A stretch of 64,000 nt of DNA from an uncultured cyanobacterium (GTDB lineage: Bacteria > Cyanobacteriota > Cyanobacteriia > Cyanobacteriales > Cyanobacteriaceae): assembly GCA_963710605.1 (NCBI GenBank), contig CAVQBA010000004.1:1184001-1248000 (forward strand), in the 5' to 3' direction. Positions 63,323 to 64,000 of this stretch are shown piece after piece. Numbering within the stretch: the stretch's first letter is position 1; the number at the start of each line of letters is the position of its first letter. The notes below the pieces were generated by a model that saw only the letters and a program-made list of their open reading frames with translations, was not told the DNA's origin and ran no database searches. The translations under genes and the position numbers were made by a program.

Positions 63323-64000
63323 ATGTCAGTTATATCTCCCCCTGTTGCTCTAAATTATCCTTTAAGACTGGTTAACGATCGTTTATCTTCTTTTACCACT
63401 AACGTATTTGTTGACGATCGATTAACTTTAACATTTGGTAATACGATCGATACACAATTTTACCGAGAGTTATGGAATAGTCCAGATTTTGCTTTAGAGT
63501 CAGTAATAGAAATTCGATCGTCACCGGAATTAAACGGTGCTAACGGGGCTTTTTCTCGTGATACAGGTAAAATTTACATAGCTGAAGAATATTTAGAACA
63601 ACAATTCTTCCCCCCTTTCAAAGGGGGGTTAGGGGGGATAGAGCCTTCACAAGGAGCGATCGATAACATCGTCTCTCTCATTCTCGAAGAATACGGACAT
63701 CTAATTGATGCACAAGTAAATTCTGTTGAAACTGTTGGAGATGAAGGAGCGATTTTTGCACTTTTAGTAAAAGGCGAAACAATAACCACACAGCAATTAG
63801 AAACTCTACAAAGTGAAGATGATACCGCAAGTATTGTTTTAGATGGAGAAACTATTCTCATCGAGCAAATTACCCTGACACAAGATCCAGGTAATAGACC
63901 TGGTGATGCTTATGATGTTGGTCTTCTTAATACAGAACAAAGTTTTAGCCAGACAGTTACTCAAGTTGACGCAACTGATTATTATCGATTTAGCTTAAAT
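63323..64000 (+). CDS. N-terminus of a large, probably extracellular protein (runs off window; not in ORF track)
   Basis: MSVISPP..LNGANGAFSRDTGKIYIAEEYL..LEEYGHLIDAQVN..GDEGAIFA..DPGN..A.DVG..DATDYYRFSL, no stop to 64000. Confidence 0.8.
   Translation, partial: MSVISPPVALNYPLRLVNDRLSSFTTNVFVDDRLTLTFGNTIDTQFYRELWNSPDFALESVIEIRSSPELNGANGAFSRDTGKIYIAEEYLEQQFFPPFKGGLGGIEPSQGAIDNIVSLILEEYGHLIDAQVNSVETVGDEGAIFALLVKGETITTQQLETLQSEDDTASIVLDGETILIEQITLTQDPGNRPGDAYDVGLLNTEQSFSQTVTQVDATDYYRFSLN
63608..63640. repeat. REP-like hairpin embedded in frame in CDS
   Basis: TTCCCCCCTTTCAAAGGGGGGTTAGGGGGGATA = FPPFKGGLGGI; same family as 5403-5435. Confidence 0.85.

Overview
AT-rich chromosomal window from a unicellular cyanobacterium. 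This is supported by psbM, por, nblA, cugP, a Pap-like V4R/bilin-fold operon and a very frequent CGATCG (HIP1 core); a Cyanobacterium/Geminocystis-like identity is my inference. It holds about 55 mostly housekeeping CDS, tRNA-His(GTG), an IS200/IS605 element (tnpA+tnpB), an IS5-family element that disrupts a PatA-type regulator at the head of a Che-like operon, a HigBA pair, two MITE families, REP-like hairpins and many 7-bp tandem repeat tracts. The most striking structure is a ~455-bp cassette (2078-2532). It carries a lone four-helix-bundle (23S rRNA-IVP/Avd-like) gene bracketed by inverted (AATAGGT)n/(ATTACCT)n arrays. These arrays could fold into an IVS-like stem around the ORF, they stop all three reading frames from both sides, they supply the gene's ATG, and both neighbouring genes end inside them. 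Other notable points: two in-frame TGA stops (ubiH-like, pcrA) lie in the same CGATTG context, a REP hairpin is translated in frame inside a large protein, and there is a stand-alone DEP-domain protein. Product calls come from motif recognition only; no searches were run.
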